Below are positions 27,660 through 37,194 of a stretch of 64,000 nucleotides of DNA, piece by piece; the stretch's first letter is position 1, and each line of letters begins with the position of its first letter. The notes under the pieces were generated by a model, which saw nothing but the letters and a program-made list of their open reading frames with translations, did not search any database and was not told the origin of the DNA. The stretch lies in assembly GCF_900545535.1 (NCBI RefSeq), contig NZ_UQZN01000010.1; one strand, 5' to 3'. The translations under genes were made by a program, and so were the position numbers. Source of the stretch: an uncultured Phascolarctobacterium sp. (GTDB taxonomy: Bacteria; Bacillota; Negativicutes; Acidaminococcales; Acidaminococcaceae).

Positions 27660-27690
27660 TCCTTAATTTTTGTTTATAATAAATTTATTA

Positions 27691-28371
27691 TTACCGTTTT
27701 TTATCCCGAACTGCCGCAATAAATTTAGCCGCCGCCATATCCGTCAGGCCGTAATCAGCAAACTTCAGCAACAGCTCCTGCACCAGCTGCATTTGTTCTG
27801 CTGAGCCATGAGCTGCGATATACCTGGTAATCCGATTATTCTTTTTCTTATAATCAAGATACAGCGCTATCCCTTTGTCCAAAAGTTCATTGCCAGTCAC
27901 AAACCGCTGACGGTCAAGCAGGACTTTGGTATAGCATTTTTTATAATTTCCCAAAATCACAGGCAACGTATCAAGGACTTTAACTGTCCCATCAGCTTCC
28001 AACAGCTGAAATTTTATCTGCCCCGGATATTCTGCCTGTTCTAAAAAGGCAAGCAATGTTATTACATTTACTGCGCAGAACATATCATAGTCAAAATACA
28101 AATGTAGAGTATCATAATTCTTCAAGCAGCTTTGCAGAAAGTTACCTGGAGATTTCTGCAGATATTCCTGTAAAGGAACTTCATAGGCAGCAGCTCTTAA
28201 ACGATAAAATGCGTCTGAAAATATTTCTGCGCAGGTTTCACCTTCGCACATCGCTTCGTTAAAAGGCAATATATCGTCCTGTGGGAGTTGCTTTTTAAGC
28301 TGATTTGCAGTTATTTCCCCGCTTGTAATATGCAGGATATTTTCCGGACTGATCTGTTTATTGTTCTGCAT
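27691..28371 (-). CDS. Hypothetical cytoplasmic protein (DUF1835-like)
   Basis: 226-aa ORF, no signal peptide, no catalytic motif recognised. Confidence 0.45.
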   Translation of the reverse strand: MQNNKQISPENILHITSGEITANQLKKQLPQDDILPFNEAMCEGETCAEIFSDAFYRLRAAAYEVPLQEYLQKSPGNFLQSCLKNYDTLHLYFDYDMFCAVNVITLLAFLEQAEYPGQIKFQLLEADGTVKVLDTLPVILGNYKKCYTKVLLDRQRFVTGNELLDKGIALYLDYKKKNNRITRYIAAHGSAEQMQLVQELLLKFADYGLTDMAAAKFIAAVRDKKR

Positions 28372-28581
28372 TTGTATCGTTGCCTGTTTCCTTAAAATAT
28401 ACTACTATATTTTGTCTGCTTGCACATGTAGATTATTATAAACGGTTTGCAGTCATCAGTCAATAATCATTGCTATTTATATTATTATATTATTTGATTG
28501 ACTTTTCATCTGATTGGCAGTATTTTATAATTAGTTGTATTAGATTAAGTTTTCTATTTTTAATTAAAAGGAGGTTTGTTT

Positions 28582-29364
28582 ATGCCTGATTTTGTCAGTG
28601 ATTCTATTTTTAAAGACGCATTCTTAAGGGCTTCTCGTCATTATATAGAGGCATTAGATTTGCCTGCATTTGATTCGAGGCGTTCTTCTGATGCGAAAGA
28701 GGCTATTGATTCTGCTGCCTGTATCAACAACAGAATGCTGCAAAGCTTTGCCGCCGATTTGAACGAGCAGCAAAAAAGCGATGTTTTGAATTCAACTTTA
28801 TTGGCTCAATTAGCGGCAGATAAAGCTTATCCAAAAGATGAACACGGCCGTTATGACGTGAAAGGCTGGTACAATAAATTTTCAGAGGTTCTGCTGAATT
28901 TAGGCTGGGTAAGCCAGAATACGGCTTTCTGGCAATATAAAATACATGGTAAAAGCTTTACGGCCGACAAGGCTATTTTAGAAATCATCAACGGCCTGCT
29001 GCAAAACAACGCCTTGCTTTTAGCGCAGGCAACGATCAATGCTTTAAAAAATTTGCCCGAAAATGATTCTAAGCTCACTCTGTTTAAATTTAATACGTGT
29101 TCTGACCAAATGGGTAATATCAGTCTTGGTGTCTGCACGCAAAAGAACAGTCTGATAGAGTATGATTTTGCAGCGCTTTATCTGGAGACAAAAAAGAATT
29201 TTAAGCAGATTTTGTTTATTGATTTTTCAACTTCTGATTTTAAGCTGTTCGCAGGCACAAACACTATCACTCTTAATCCCGACGTTTACAGCATCGTTCG
29301 CGATCAGGTAGCGCAAAAGCTTCACGACAGGGTTGGCAGTTATCTTGCGGGGCTTGATATTTAA
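28582..29364 (+). CDS. Hypothetical protein
   Basis: 260-aa ORF preceded by SD AAGGAGG. Followed by a strong terminator. No recognised domain. Confidence 0.5.
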   Translation: MPDFVSDSIFKDAFLRASRHYIEALDLPAFDSRRSSDAKEAIDSAACINNRMLQSFAADLNEQQKSDVLNSTLLAQLAADKAYPKDEHGRYDVKGWYNKFSEVLLNLGWVSQNTAFWQYKIHGKSFTADKAILEIINGLLQNNALLLAQATINALKNLPENDSKLTLFKFNTCSDQMGNISLGVCTQKNSLIEYDFAALYLETKKNFKQILFIDFSTSDFKLFAGTNTITLNPDVYSIVRDQVAQKLHDRVGSYLAGLDI

Positions 29365-29380
29365 GGAGTATATATGTTAA

Positions 29381-29420
29381 TGGCAGGGCCTATAAGTGCC
29401 CTGCCATTTTTTATTTTTTG
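29381..29420. terminator. Rho-independent terminator shared by convergent genes
   Basis: GGCAGGGC ctataagt GCCCTGCC TTTTTTATTTTTTG. Confidence 0.65.
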
Positions 29421-30691
29421 TTGTTATTTATATATTCTAGCGTATTGATCTGATCGATAAGCAGCTGCATAAAATTTTGCCAGCCTCTTATACCGGCAAA
29501 AAAGATGTTTTTTGATTTTATTTTACAGGATGGCATGGAAAAGTTTAAATATAAAGTTTTGTCAAAATCGCCAATTGCCATTCGTTCTCTTTCACTGCCT
29601 AAAAACAGCTGGTAATTATCAGGTTTTAATTGCTCCAATACCATACTTTCGTCCCAATAGCGATATTTATTACTACAGCTGTCATTTTCCTGTATACTTC
29701 TTTTTAAATAAAATTCCTCAGCCAGCAAAAGTTCACATTCACTGTTTTGTATTCCCCTAAGTATACTATCGGCTATTGAGCAGGGTGCTGTTGTAATTAT
29801 GCGTTGTAATCTGTATTCTAAATAGTTATGTTTTACCAGGCAGCATTCATCAAAAATATCCTTTGCAGCTATTTCTATCTCGCTGTTAACAGCTTTTAAT
29901 TTTGGTGGCTGTTGTAATGCTTCACCTACAGCCTGCAGCCATGCAACAGTATTTGTAAAGCCATATGGCCAGGGAGCTATAATATATCGCTGCCCTGTTT
30001 GTTCATAAATACTTTCGGCGATCAAGCTGCCCATTTCTGGTGTCAGTACTATATTCAGTGCAGCTTCTGATAGTTTTTCCAGTTCTGCCAGTTCCAGCTG
30101 ATCTTCACCTAGTACAATACCTATTTCGTAACCTGCTGCTGAGAGAAGTCTTTTTATTTCTGCTAAATCTCCCTGCCAATGTGGAAAGCATGTACAGATT
30201 CCCAAAAGGTTGACTTTATTTTTTTGTCTGCTTGTAGAAACTTTAAAAGTACTTTTTTTGAGAAGCTCCAATAGCGCTTTTTGATAGCCATTTGCAAAAG
30301 CTCCTGTAAATCCACCTGTTTCTATGGCCAGAATAGGGCAAGTTACATTATTTTTTTTGCAAATCCCTTCTATATCGTCACCGATAAGGCTCATGGAACA
30401 ACTGGTTAAAACTGCAAGTAAGCTTGGATTGTTTACGTTTAATACTTCTGCCAGGCTGGCTGATAATGATTCTTCAACTCCATATAAAATATCTTTTTGC
30501 CTTGCTTCTGAACAGAAGAGCCTTGTTTCATAGTTTTTTACTGCATTTGTAAGTTCGCGTTCGCCTATTACTGCGCACCATCTGGGGCTGTTAAGGATAA
30601 CGCTTGTATTTTTAACGCTTAATATTGCTGCGGCTGCTCCAATCATTTGGCAATATCCTGTACATGGGCGAAATTTATTCAAATTATTCAT
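29411..30691 (-). CDS. Nitrogenase-like NifK/NifN/BchB-like subunit, paralog 2
   Basis: 426 aa. FRPCTGYCQMIGAAAAILSVKNTSVILNSPRWC. LTSCSMSLIGDD and CPILAIETGG motifs. Paralog of 18157..19449. 8-nt overlap with the D-like gene. Confidence 0.75.
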   Translation of the reverse strand: MNNLNKFRPCTGYCQMIGAAAAILSVKNTSVILNSPRWCAVIGERELTNAVKNYETRLFCSEARQKDILYGVEESLSASLAEVLNVNNPSLLAVLTSCSMSLIGDDIEGICKKNNVTCPILAIETGGFTGAFANGYQKALLELLKKSTFKVSTSRQKNKVNLLGICTCFPHWQGDLAEIKRLLSAAGYEIGIVLGEDQLELAELEKLSEAALNIVLTPEMGSLIAESIYEQTGQRYIIAPWPYGFTNTVAWLQAVGEALQQPPKLKAVNSEIEIAAKDIFDECCLVKHNYLEYRLQRIITTAPCSIADSILRGIQNSECELLLAEEFYLKRSIQENDSCSNKYRYWDESMVLEQLKPDNYQLFLGSERERMAIGDFDKTLYLNFSMPSCKIKSKNIFFAGIRGWQNFMQLLIDQINTLEYINNNKK

Positions 30692-31961
30692 GGATAAGAC
30701 TCCTGTTTTCCTTAAATAACAGATATAATTTTTCCAAAAATCTTATACTGCCGCCGATACCAATTCGTTTTCTTTTTATGCAATATTGATGTTTAAATGT
30801 TTCACGATAGTCACTTGTAATGATTATATCTTTTTCTGCATCTATTGGCAAAGGATAGTTTTCGTGATCTATTTTTAACTGCAAATTGTTTTTTGATATG
30901 AAATCTACGTATTCAGATTTTTCTTTTGCGGTGAGTTCGTTTAGTAAAATTACATGTTTTAGTTGTATACCAGCTTCCTGCAATAATGCAATAAATTCCA
31001 GCAGATTCCAAAATTTTATAGAGTGGCTGATAGCAAGCACGCAGCTTTTGCCATTTAAATAGCTTCGTAATTCAGTTATTTTACTCTGCCAGCGTTTTGT
31101 TTCGCATAAAATGGCTTGATCCGCAAGTTCTTTTTGATTGAGTTTAGCTCCCAGTTCTTGTAAATAAGCCAGCGTTTCCGTAATCGTCAATGGCAGACGT
31201 TTTTCAATGAACGGAATCTGCAGTTTTTGGGCAAAACCGGCAGCAAAATATTTATATTCATTTAATTTACTGTCAATAATAGAGTTCACGCCAACTACAC
31301 TGGCACTGCTAAGTTCCTGCATCTCTTTTATCGTCATCCCGCATGGCGGCAGCATAATATCATCAATGCCAAAATAATGGTACATTCTTCTTATTTCTTC
31401 TATGTCTTCTGTCATTAAATAGAACTTGTTAATACCAAAAATAACTGCACTTTTACTATTTTTAATAGCAGAAGAAGTCATAAATTTTTCCAGAAAATAC
31501 TTTGTTGTAAGCAAAAGCCCTTCCTGCTGCTGATTACTCATAAAACCGGCTCCGGGAATATGTATTACGGGTATTTTAAAATTCGCTTCTGTCTTTGCGC
31601 ATATCGCTTGAATATCATCACCTATGACACCAGCAGCACAACCTGATAAAACTACCAGGCATTCAGGGTTCTTAGCTTTGATTATCTCAGCCAAACTATT
31701 TTGCAGCAGTTTTTCTCCGCCAAAAATAGCTTCTCTATCTGTGATTCCTGTAATAAAAAGGTTATCATAATTTGGTGGTAATTTCTTTTTATATCTAAGT
31801 CTTATTCTTCGCCTGCTTTCAAGCAGAGCGTTGTACACTATGTGCGAGCACGACTTAGGTGCATGCAGTACGACTACTATTCCTTTATTAAAGGCAACCG
31901 ACATATAGATGTCACTTAAGTTACAATGAATAACTTTTTTACGATTTGTTTTCTTTATCAT
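30684..31961 (-). CDS. Nitrogenase-like NifD/NifE/BchN-like subunit, paralog 2
   Basis: 425 aa. KVIHCNL...HAPKSCSH. LSGCAAGVIGDD. Paralog of 19436..20716 (clearly homologous along the full length). 4-nt overlap with the binding-protein gene. Confidence 0.75.
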   Translation of the reverse strand: MIKKTNRKKVIHCNLSDIYMSVAFNKGIVVVLHAPKSCSHIVYNALLESRRRIRLRYKKKLPPNYDNLFITGITDREAIFGGEKLLQNSLAEIIKAKNPECLVVLSGCAAGVIGDDIQAICAKTEANFKIPVIHIPGAGFMSNQQQEGLLLTTKYFLEKFMTSSAIKNSKSAVIFGINKFYLMTEDIEEIRRMYHYFGIDDIMLPPCGMTIKEMQELSSASVVGVNSIIDSKLNEYKYFAAGFAQKLQIPFIEKRLPLTITETLAYLQELGAKLNQKELADQAILCETKRWQSKITELRSYLNGKSCVLAISHSIKFWNLLEFIALLQEAGIQLKHVILLNELTAKEKSEYVDFISKNNLQLKIDHENYPLPIDAEKDIIITSDYRETFKHQYCIKRKRIGIGGSIRFLEKLYLLFKENRSLIHE

Positions 31962-32947
31962 ATCTGTTTTGCCTGCTTTATCGATCCAATTTTTGCAAAA
32001 TATTCTGGATATGTTTTTTGAGCTATGTCTAAGATACCGTCACCTATATATTGCGAAGCCGCATATCTGTAGCGATCTTTTATGATAATGACATTATTAT
32101 TTTTGATTGCTTTGATGCTCTGCAGTGCCGGGTCTTTTAAAACTTCTTTTCTAAAAAGTACGGTATCGCCTTCCTGGGTCGAACTGTAATCTGGAAACAT
32201 CAAAACGTCAGGGTTGACTTCTACTATTTTTTCTTTGCTTAGATGTTCACCACGAACAAGGCCCGCTACGGCAGCGCCGTTGATTACGCCGGCATTGATA
32301 CAGATGTCGTTGAACAGACCTTCTGCACTTCCAAAAACCCCCAGCAGCGAATACCCCATCAATATCTTTTTTTCTTCTGCCGGTATTGCACCGATCACGT
32401 CTTTTACAAGCTTTGTTTTATGATCCAATTCGTCAATTATTCTGTTTCCCTGCTGCTGTTCATTTACAGCCACCGATAAATTAATTATTCTTTGACGTAC
32501 CATGTCCAGCGTGGTAGGCACTTTGGTTATATATACCTTTAGCCCCACATCTTTTAAGGCTTGGATAAATGCTGTGTTTGAGTTTTCCTGCACGATCACA
32601 AGGTCGGGTTTAAGGGCAAGAATTTGTTCTACGCTTACTTTTTGCGGAAGTTTCAGGGGAATCTGCGCAGCTTTATCGATAATCAATGATGTTTTAGGAT
32701 CAGCAGCTGGTTCCGAGATTGCTGCAATGCGTTTTAAAGGAACCATATCTGTGAGTATTTCTTCAAGACTGAGCGTTGTGGCATAGATTCGTTTAGGGGA
32801 TTCGCTAAAATGCAGAATATTCCCTTTGTCGTCAGTTACCTGATACTGAGTTTGAACTGCCGTGTTTTCAATAACAGTGTTTGGTTTTTCAAAGCTGCAG
32901 CCTGTTACCGCTAGTATCATGATTATTGCTAAAATAAAACTGCGCAT
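31958..32947 (-). CDS. Periplasmic substrate-binding lipoprotein, class III (BtuF/FecB-like), paralog
   Basis: Lipobox VTGCS. Motifs LKPDLVIVQE and KVYITKVP. Confidence 0.8.
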   Translation of the reverse strand: MRSFILAIIMILAVTGCSFEKPNTVIENTAVQTQYQVTDDKGNILHFSESPKRIYATTLSLEEILTDMVPLKRIAAISEPAADPKTSLIIDKAAQIPLKLPQKVSVEQILALKPDLVIVQENSNTAFIQALKDVGLKVYITKVPTTLDMVRQRIINLSVAVNEQQQGNRIIDELDHKTKLVKDVIGAIPAEEKKILMGYSLLGVFGSAEGLFNDICINAGVINGAAVAGLVRGEHLSKEKIVEVNPDVLMFPDYSSTQEGDTVLFRKEVLKDPALQSIKAIKNNNVIIIKDRYRYAASQYIGDGILDIAQKTYPEYFAKIGSIKQAKQI

Positions 32948-32979
32948 TCTGTTCTCCTGTCAAAAATTTTTATTGATTT

Positions 32980-34884
32980 TTAAAATAAAATTTTATAACC
33001 GATTTCAAAGTTTCTACCTAAAGAAATATACCTGGAAGATACATGGGAAGTAATATCTCGTCTATTTAATAAATTATCGACATTTAAGAAAATTTCATGA
33101 TTTTTTACAGGTCTATAGGCGGCATGTAAGCTTGTGTAGAAATAAGGTTTAATCTTCTCTTGATATTTTTGCAAAACACGATCTGCCATAAAACTTCCAT
33201 TTAGACTTACATTAAATTTATCCTGCTGATAATTTAGTCCGCCGTTCAACAACCATCTACCATAATTTCTTTTCCACTTACCATCATCTTCATCTGCAGA
33301 TTTATATTTAGGATTACTGTAAGATACGCCCCAATTACTACTGAATCCATTTTTACCAGTTACTTCACAATTAATTTCAATTCCCATGTTTTTTGTATCC
33401 TCATTGACTGCATATGTTTCTCCTGTTGCTGCGACAGTAGCACCAGTAATAAAATCTTTTACATCACTTTTAAACAGCGCTAACTTCCAGGAATGAATAC
33501 CAGAAATATATTTTAAACCAGTTTCATAATGCATACCAACTTCCGGTCTGATTTGTGTATTTTTTATTATCTGATCTTTACCATACATATCAGTCAATGT
33601 TGGCAGTGTAAAAGATTTACCTACACTGGCATAAGCACTTAAATCGTCTGTCATTTTATGTAAATACTGAATCTGTGGAGTAAATTCACTGTAATTAGTA
33701 CCATCTGGACTACTGCCTGTCCATGTTTCTCTCGCTCCAAGGATCAGATTATTTTTTTTATCAAATTTATGATCTACCTGTGCAAAAAAAGAATATACAT
33801 TTCTGTCATAGTCATACTCTAGTTTCGGTTGTTTTTTATAGGCAGGATCATAGAAGTTATAATAATTATAGCCTTCGTTGTACATTTTTACCCCAACAAG
33901 TACTGTATCATTTTTAGTTTCAAATTCTTTCGTTACATCTAAGCCCATTACCTTATCATCATTTCCGTAGAAATATGCATCTTTAAAAATTATATTATTT
34001 TTCCAATAATGATATTTGGTATCAGAACTGGATTTATGATAAAAAGCATTAGCATTCCAGCCGTCTTTATGATAACTTAGTACAAATTTATATTCTTCTT
34101 TATCTAAGAATCTTTTATCAGTTGGCAAGCCAGTACTTGTTTGATTATAGCTTCTTTTATAATCATAATTATTGTAATCGGCAGTAACTCTCCACGCATC
34201 ATCAAATTTATAATTCATAGACAGGATAGTTTTTTCACCGCCTAAAAAATTAAAATATTTATCACCTTCTGAAGTATGGTATATATTACCTTTTTTATTC
34301 CAGTTGGCACCAATCCCTAATTTACCTGCTTGTAAAGATGTCGCATATTTTTGTACTCCATAATTACCTACTGTTGCTGAGATACTATTAGTTCTTTTAT
34401 TTTTTGTAATAATGTTTATAACACCACCAGTTGCATCACTGCCATAAAGCACGGCACCACCACCACGTACTATTTCAATACGCTCTACATCTGCAATATT
34501 TATTCTGTCAAGATCATAATAACCGGTTCTGACATTTAATGGCACACCATCAACTAACACCATAGTTCCACGCCGTTTTCCTCTAATTAAAAATTCACCG
34601 CCGCCATCTCCTGCAGTTTCTGATTTATAGACAATACCGGCAGCATATTTTAAAGCACCTTCAACTGTTGTCGCACCTGTATCTTCCAATTGTTTACTTG
34701 TATAAACACTTGTCGTAGCAGGTACATCTAAATCTCTTTTTTCAGTTCTGGTAGCAGTTACAACCATTGGATCCAGAGTAAAAATCTGTTCCGGTTCTTC
34801 TGCATGTACTGCTGTGCCCCCCCAGATGACACTACCAGTTATCAGTGCTGCCATAAGCGCGCTTTTGTTCAAGCTTTTCTTCAT
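32980..34884 (-). CDS. TonB-dependent receptor (BtuB-like), paralog
   Basis: SD AAAGGAAG before MKKSLNKSALMAALITGSVIWGGTAVHA. TonB box LDPMVVTATR. Plug (VRGGGAVLYGSDATGGVINIITK). C-terminal IGYKILF. Confidence 0.85.
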   Translation of the reverse strand: MKKSLNKSALMAALITGSVIWGGTAVHAEEPEQIFTLDPMVVTATRTEKRDLDVPATTSVYTSKQLEDTGATTVEGALKYAAGIVYKSETAGDGGGEFLIRGKRRGTMVLVDGVPLNVRTGYYDLDRINIADVERIEIVRGGGAVLYGSDATGGVINIITKNKRTNSISATVGNYGVQKYATSLQAGKLGIGANWNKKGNIYHTSEGDKYFNFLGGEKTILSMNYKFDDAWRVTADYNNYDYKRSYNQTSTGLPTDKRFLDKEEYKFVLSYHKDGWNANAFYHKSSSDTKYHYWKNNIIFKDAYFYGNDDKVMGLDVTKEFETKNDTVLVGVKMYNEGYNYYNFYDPAYKKQPKLEYDYDRNVYSFFAQVDHKFDKKNNLILGARETWTGSSPDGTNYSEFTPQIQYLHKMTDDLSAYASVGKSFTLPTLTDMYGKDQIIKNTQIRPEVGMHYETGLKYISGIHSWKLALFKSDVKDFITGATVAATGETYAVNEDTKNMGIEINCEVTGKNGFSSNWGVSYSNPKYKSADEDDGKWKRNYGRWLLNGGLNYQQDKFNVSLNGSFMADRVLQKYQEKIKPYFYTSLHAAYRPVKNHEIFLNVDNLLNRRDITSHVSSRYISLGRNFEIGYKILF

Positions 34885-34989
34885 CAAATTCAACTTCCTT
34901 TCAATTTTCAATTTACTTTCACCTTGCTTTAAAAGTGTTAAAAAATAGAAAAGCCCCCTTTTCCAAAAAACAGATAAGGAGGAATAGAG

Positions 34990-35115
34990 GCTAAATTCGT
35001 GCCTGTTCTCCCCTATACTGTCTCTCGCAGAAATAGAGTTACTGGTAAAAGCTGACTTAAGCAGTATTTTACTGCTAATACAGCGGCGGGACCGTGTTAG
35101 ATTCTCACTAACTTT
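34990..35115 (-). promoter_or_regulatory. Divergent or possibly shortened cobalamin-riboswitch-like leader
   Basis: Minus RNA GUGAGAAUCUAACACGGUCCCGCCGCUGUAUUAGCAGUAAAAUACUGCUUAAGUCAGCUUUUACCAGUAACUCUAUUUCUGCGAGAGACAG aligns with the 17830..17945 aptamer (CCCGCCGCUGUA, hairpin, GUCAGC, identical 3' CUGCGAGAGACAG). The GGUG-containing P2/P3 segment appears reduced. Confidence 0.4.
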
Positions 35116-35220
35116 TATTTATTATACATTACCAGTATCAAATATCAAATTTATTTTTCTACTATGTGTGATATAATACTATGTATAGTCATTAGACAGT
35201 CAAGAGGTTGGTGAAAATTT

Positions 35221-36051
35221 ATGGAGAAAAATAAAAAAAAATTATTTACGACCGGTGAGCTGGCTTCTTTATGTAAAATCCACAGAAAAACTTTGCTTTT
35301 TTATGACAGGCTTGGTTTGATCACACCGGAATTTATCGATGCTAACGGTTATCGTTATTATTCGAGAAGGCAGTTTTTTTCTTTAGAAATCATTTTGGCA
35401 TTACGTAAATTAGATGTATCATTACCTGAAATAGCGGAATATCTTAAGCATAAATCCACCTCTAATTACAAAAATTTACTTACAAGACGTGCCAATATAT
35501 TAGATCAGATTTTATCTGATCTTCAAAAAATGCGTAATGAACTCAGCGAGAGAATATGTTTTTTGGAAAATACCGAAACTTTTCCTCTGGAAATAATAAC
35601 TTTGATAAATGAAGAGGAAGATTATCTTTGTCTAAGTGATCCGGTGCCACAGAATGCTGATTTAAAAATCAGAACAAAAATTTCCGCTAAACATTTATTA
35701 ACTTTATCAGATTATATAACTTTTAATAATCACGTTTCTGGTTATATACTTGATAAAAATTCTTTTCTGGCTTGTGAACGTCCGTATACTAAATATTTTT
35801 ATCAATCCTTTACACAGCCTTTTGACTTACCTTATTTTTTCCTTAAACCTGCAGGATTATATGCCACAATTTACTTTAAAGGTATTTATTGCTCGTATGG
35901 CAAACCTTATATTGATCAGTTATATAGATATCTACAGGAAAACAATTTACAGGCTGTCAGTGATATTTACATGACTTCGATCAGAAATCATTGGGTCACT
36001 GATGATAACGGCAGTTATTTAAATAAATTATCAATACAGGTAAAAAAATAA
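35221..36051 (+). CDS. MerR-family regulator with a GyrI-like effector domain, paralog of 23713..24552
   Basis: LFTTGELASLCKIHRKTLLFYDRLGLITPEF...ANGYRYYSRRQFFSLEIILALRKLDVSLPEI. Same architecture. Divergent to the TBDR operon. Confidence 0.75.
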   Translation: MEKNKKKLFTTGELASLCKIHRKTLLFYDRLGLITPEFIDANGYRYYSRRQFFSLEIILALRKLDVSLPEIAEYLKHKSTSNYKNLLTRRANILDQILSDLQKMRNELSERICFLENTETFPLEIITLINEEEDYLCLSDPVPQNADLKIRTKISAKHLLTLSDYITFNNHVSGYILDKNSFLACERPYTKYFYQSFTQPFDLPYFFLKPAGLYATIYFKGIYCSYGKPYIDQLYRYLQENNLQAVSDIYMTSIRNHWVTDDNGSYLNKLSIQVKK

Positions 36052-36087
36052 AGCAGAACTTTGAAAGTTCTGCTTTATTTTTTTACT
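36048..36087. terminator. Bidirectional Rho-independent terminator
   Basis: AAAGCAGAAC tttgaa AGTTCTGCTTTATTTTTTT. Confidence 0.7.
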
Positions 36088-36870
36088 TTATTCGGTTACG
36101 GCTACAGCACCCTGTTCGCTGAAGTTGATAACTGTATTCGCCGGCAATTCTATTTCAAGGCCATTATTTTTCCACTTTAAAGCTTCTTTAGTCGTGCAGC
36201 TGGTTACTTCACCAGCAGGTGTTAAGCTGACTGTACTCTTAGCTTTAAATTCTACAAAACCGGCATTTTCCATGTCAATGGCATTATTTTGCCAACCTAC
36301 CGGCCGCAGTTTGGTATCTTCTGCCAGTGTGCCCATCTTTACTGCGCCATTATCATAGAAATCCAGAGCTGTACCGCTTTTAAATGCTACAAAGCCATAC
36401 TCGTTCTCTCCAAGTCCAATTGTTGTTTCGTCGGCAATAGTGCCGTTGAGAACTGTGCCCTGCTCGCTGAAGGTTACAGCTGTGCCGCCTTTATAACGAA
36501 TATGTCCATAACTGGATAACGCTATGTTATAGGTGCTGTTGTTGTTCCAATAACGGTAATAACGCGGGAAAAACGGGCTGCGATTGGTATAGGCTGAAAC
36601 AAAATAGTAATCGTTAATGATACGCTGCCAGCCCTGCGGCCGCAGATATGTATCGCTTGCCAGCACACCACTGACAACGGCTCCATTATCATTCAGGCTG
36701 GCTGTCGTGCCTTTTTTAAATTTTATCTGATCGCCTACCGACCAGCCTTGAGGATAAAGTTCTTCATTCTTTGTAAGAGTTTTGGCTGCTGGGGCTGCAA
36801 ATACACTGCCGCAGAAAGCGCACAGGCTTAGGACTATTGCAGTTTTAGCCAGGATCTTTTTTGTTTGCAT
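36088..36870 (-). CDS. Secreted protein with internal repeats (GxVxxGxLAxDTxLRPxGWQ); unknown function
   Basis: Signal peptide MQTKKILAKTAIVLSLCAFCGSVFA. Three to four degenerate ~45-aa repeats. Confidence 0.5.
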   Translation of the reverse strand: MQTKKILAKTAIVLSLCAFCGSVFAAPAAKTLTKNEELYPQGWSVGDQIKFKKGTTASLNDNGAVVSGVLASDTYLRPQGWQRIINDYYFVSAYTNRSPFFPRYYRYWNNNSTYNIALSSYGHIRYKGGTAVTFSEQGTVLNGTIADETTIGLGENEYGFVAFKSGTALDFYDNGAVKMGTLAEDTKLRPVGWQNNAIDMENAGFVEFKAKSTVSLTPAGEVTSCTTKEALKWKNNGLEIELPANTVINFSEQGAVAVTE

Positions 36871-37057
36871 TGTGATCAGTCCTTTCAATATTTTATGATT
36901 CTTAATTTAGCACTTTTATTTTAGTTGTTCCATTTAGTTTAATTACAAAAGAACTAAATTATTTTTTTGTTTAATTTTTTAGTTATTGAAAGCGATGTAC
37001 TGATAGTTTTTACTATTTATATTGTAGCATGTTTTCTTCATATTGATTTCAAATTTT

Positions 37058-37097
37058 TTGCAAAAAAAATGCTCCCGACTATATTATGCGGGAGCCT
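37058..37097 (-). terminator. Rho-independent terminator after the permease gene
   Basis: Minus RNA GCUCCCGCAUAAUAUAGUCGGGAGC followed by AUUUUUUUUGC. Confidence 0.65.
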
Positions 37098-37194
37098 GGA
37101 TCAAAGCTGTTTATGCCATGTCTCAAAACATAAACGTCTGATCCAAAAAGGAGAAGGTATTATAATCTATTTTTGAAGGATAAGATTTAGTAAA

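Noticed and set aside
36088-36888. Considered whether the repeat-containing secreted protein is a cell-surface adhesin linked to the uptake loci
   Set aside because: It is separated from locus B by a strong bidirectional terminator, is transcribed independently, and has no recognisable adhesin or receptor domains. It is kept as a hypothetical protein only.
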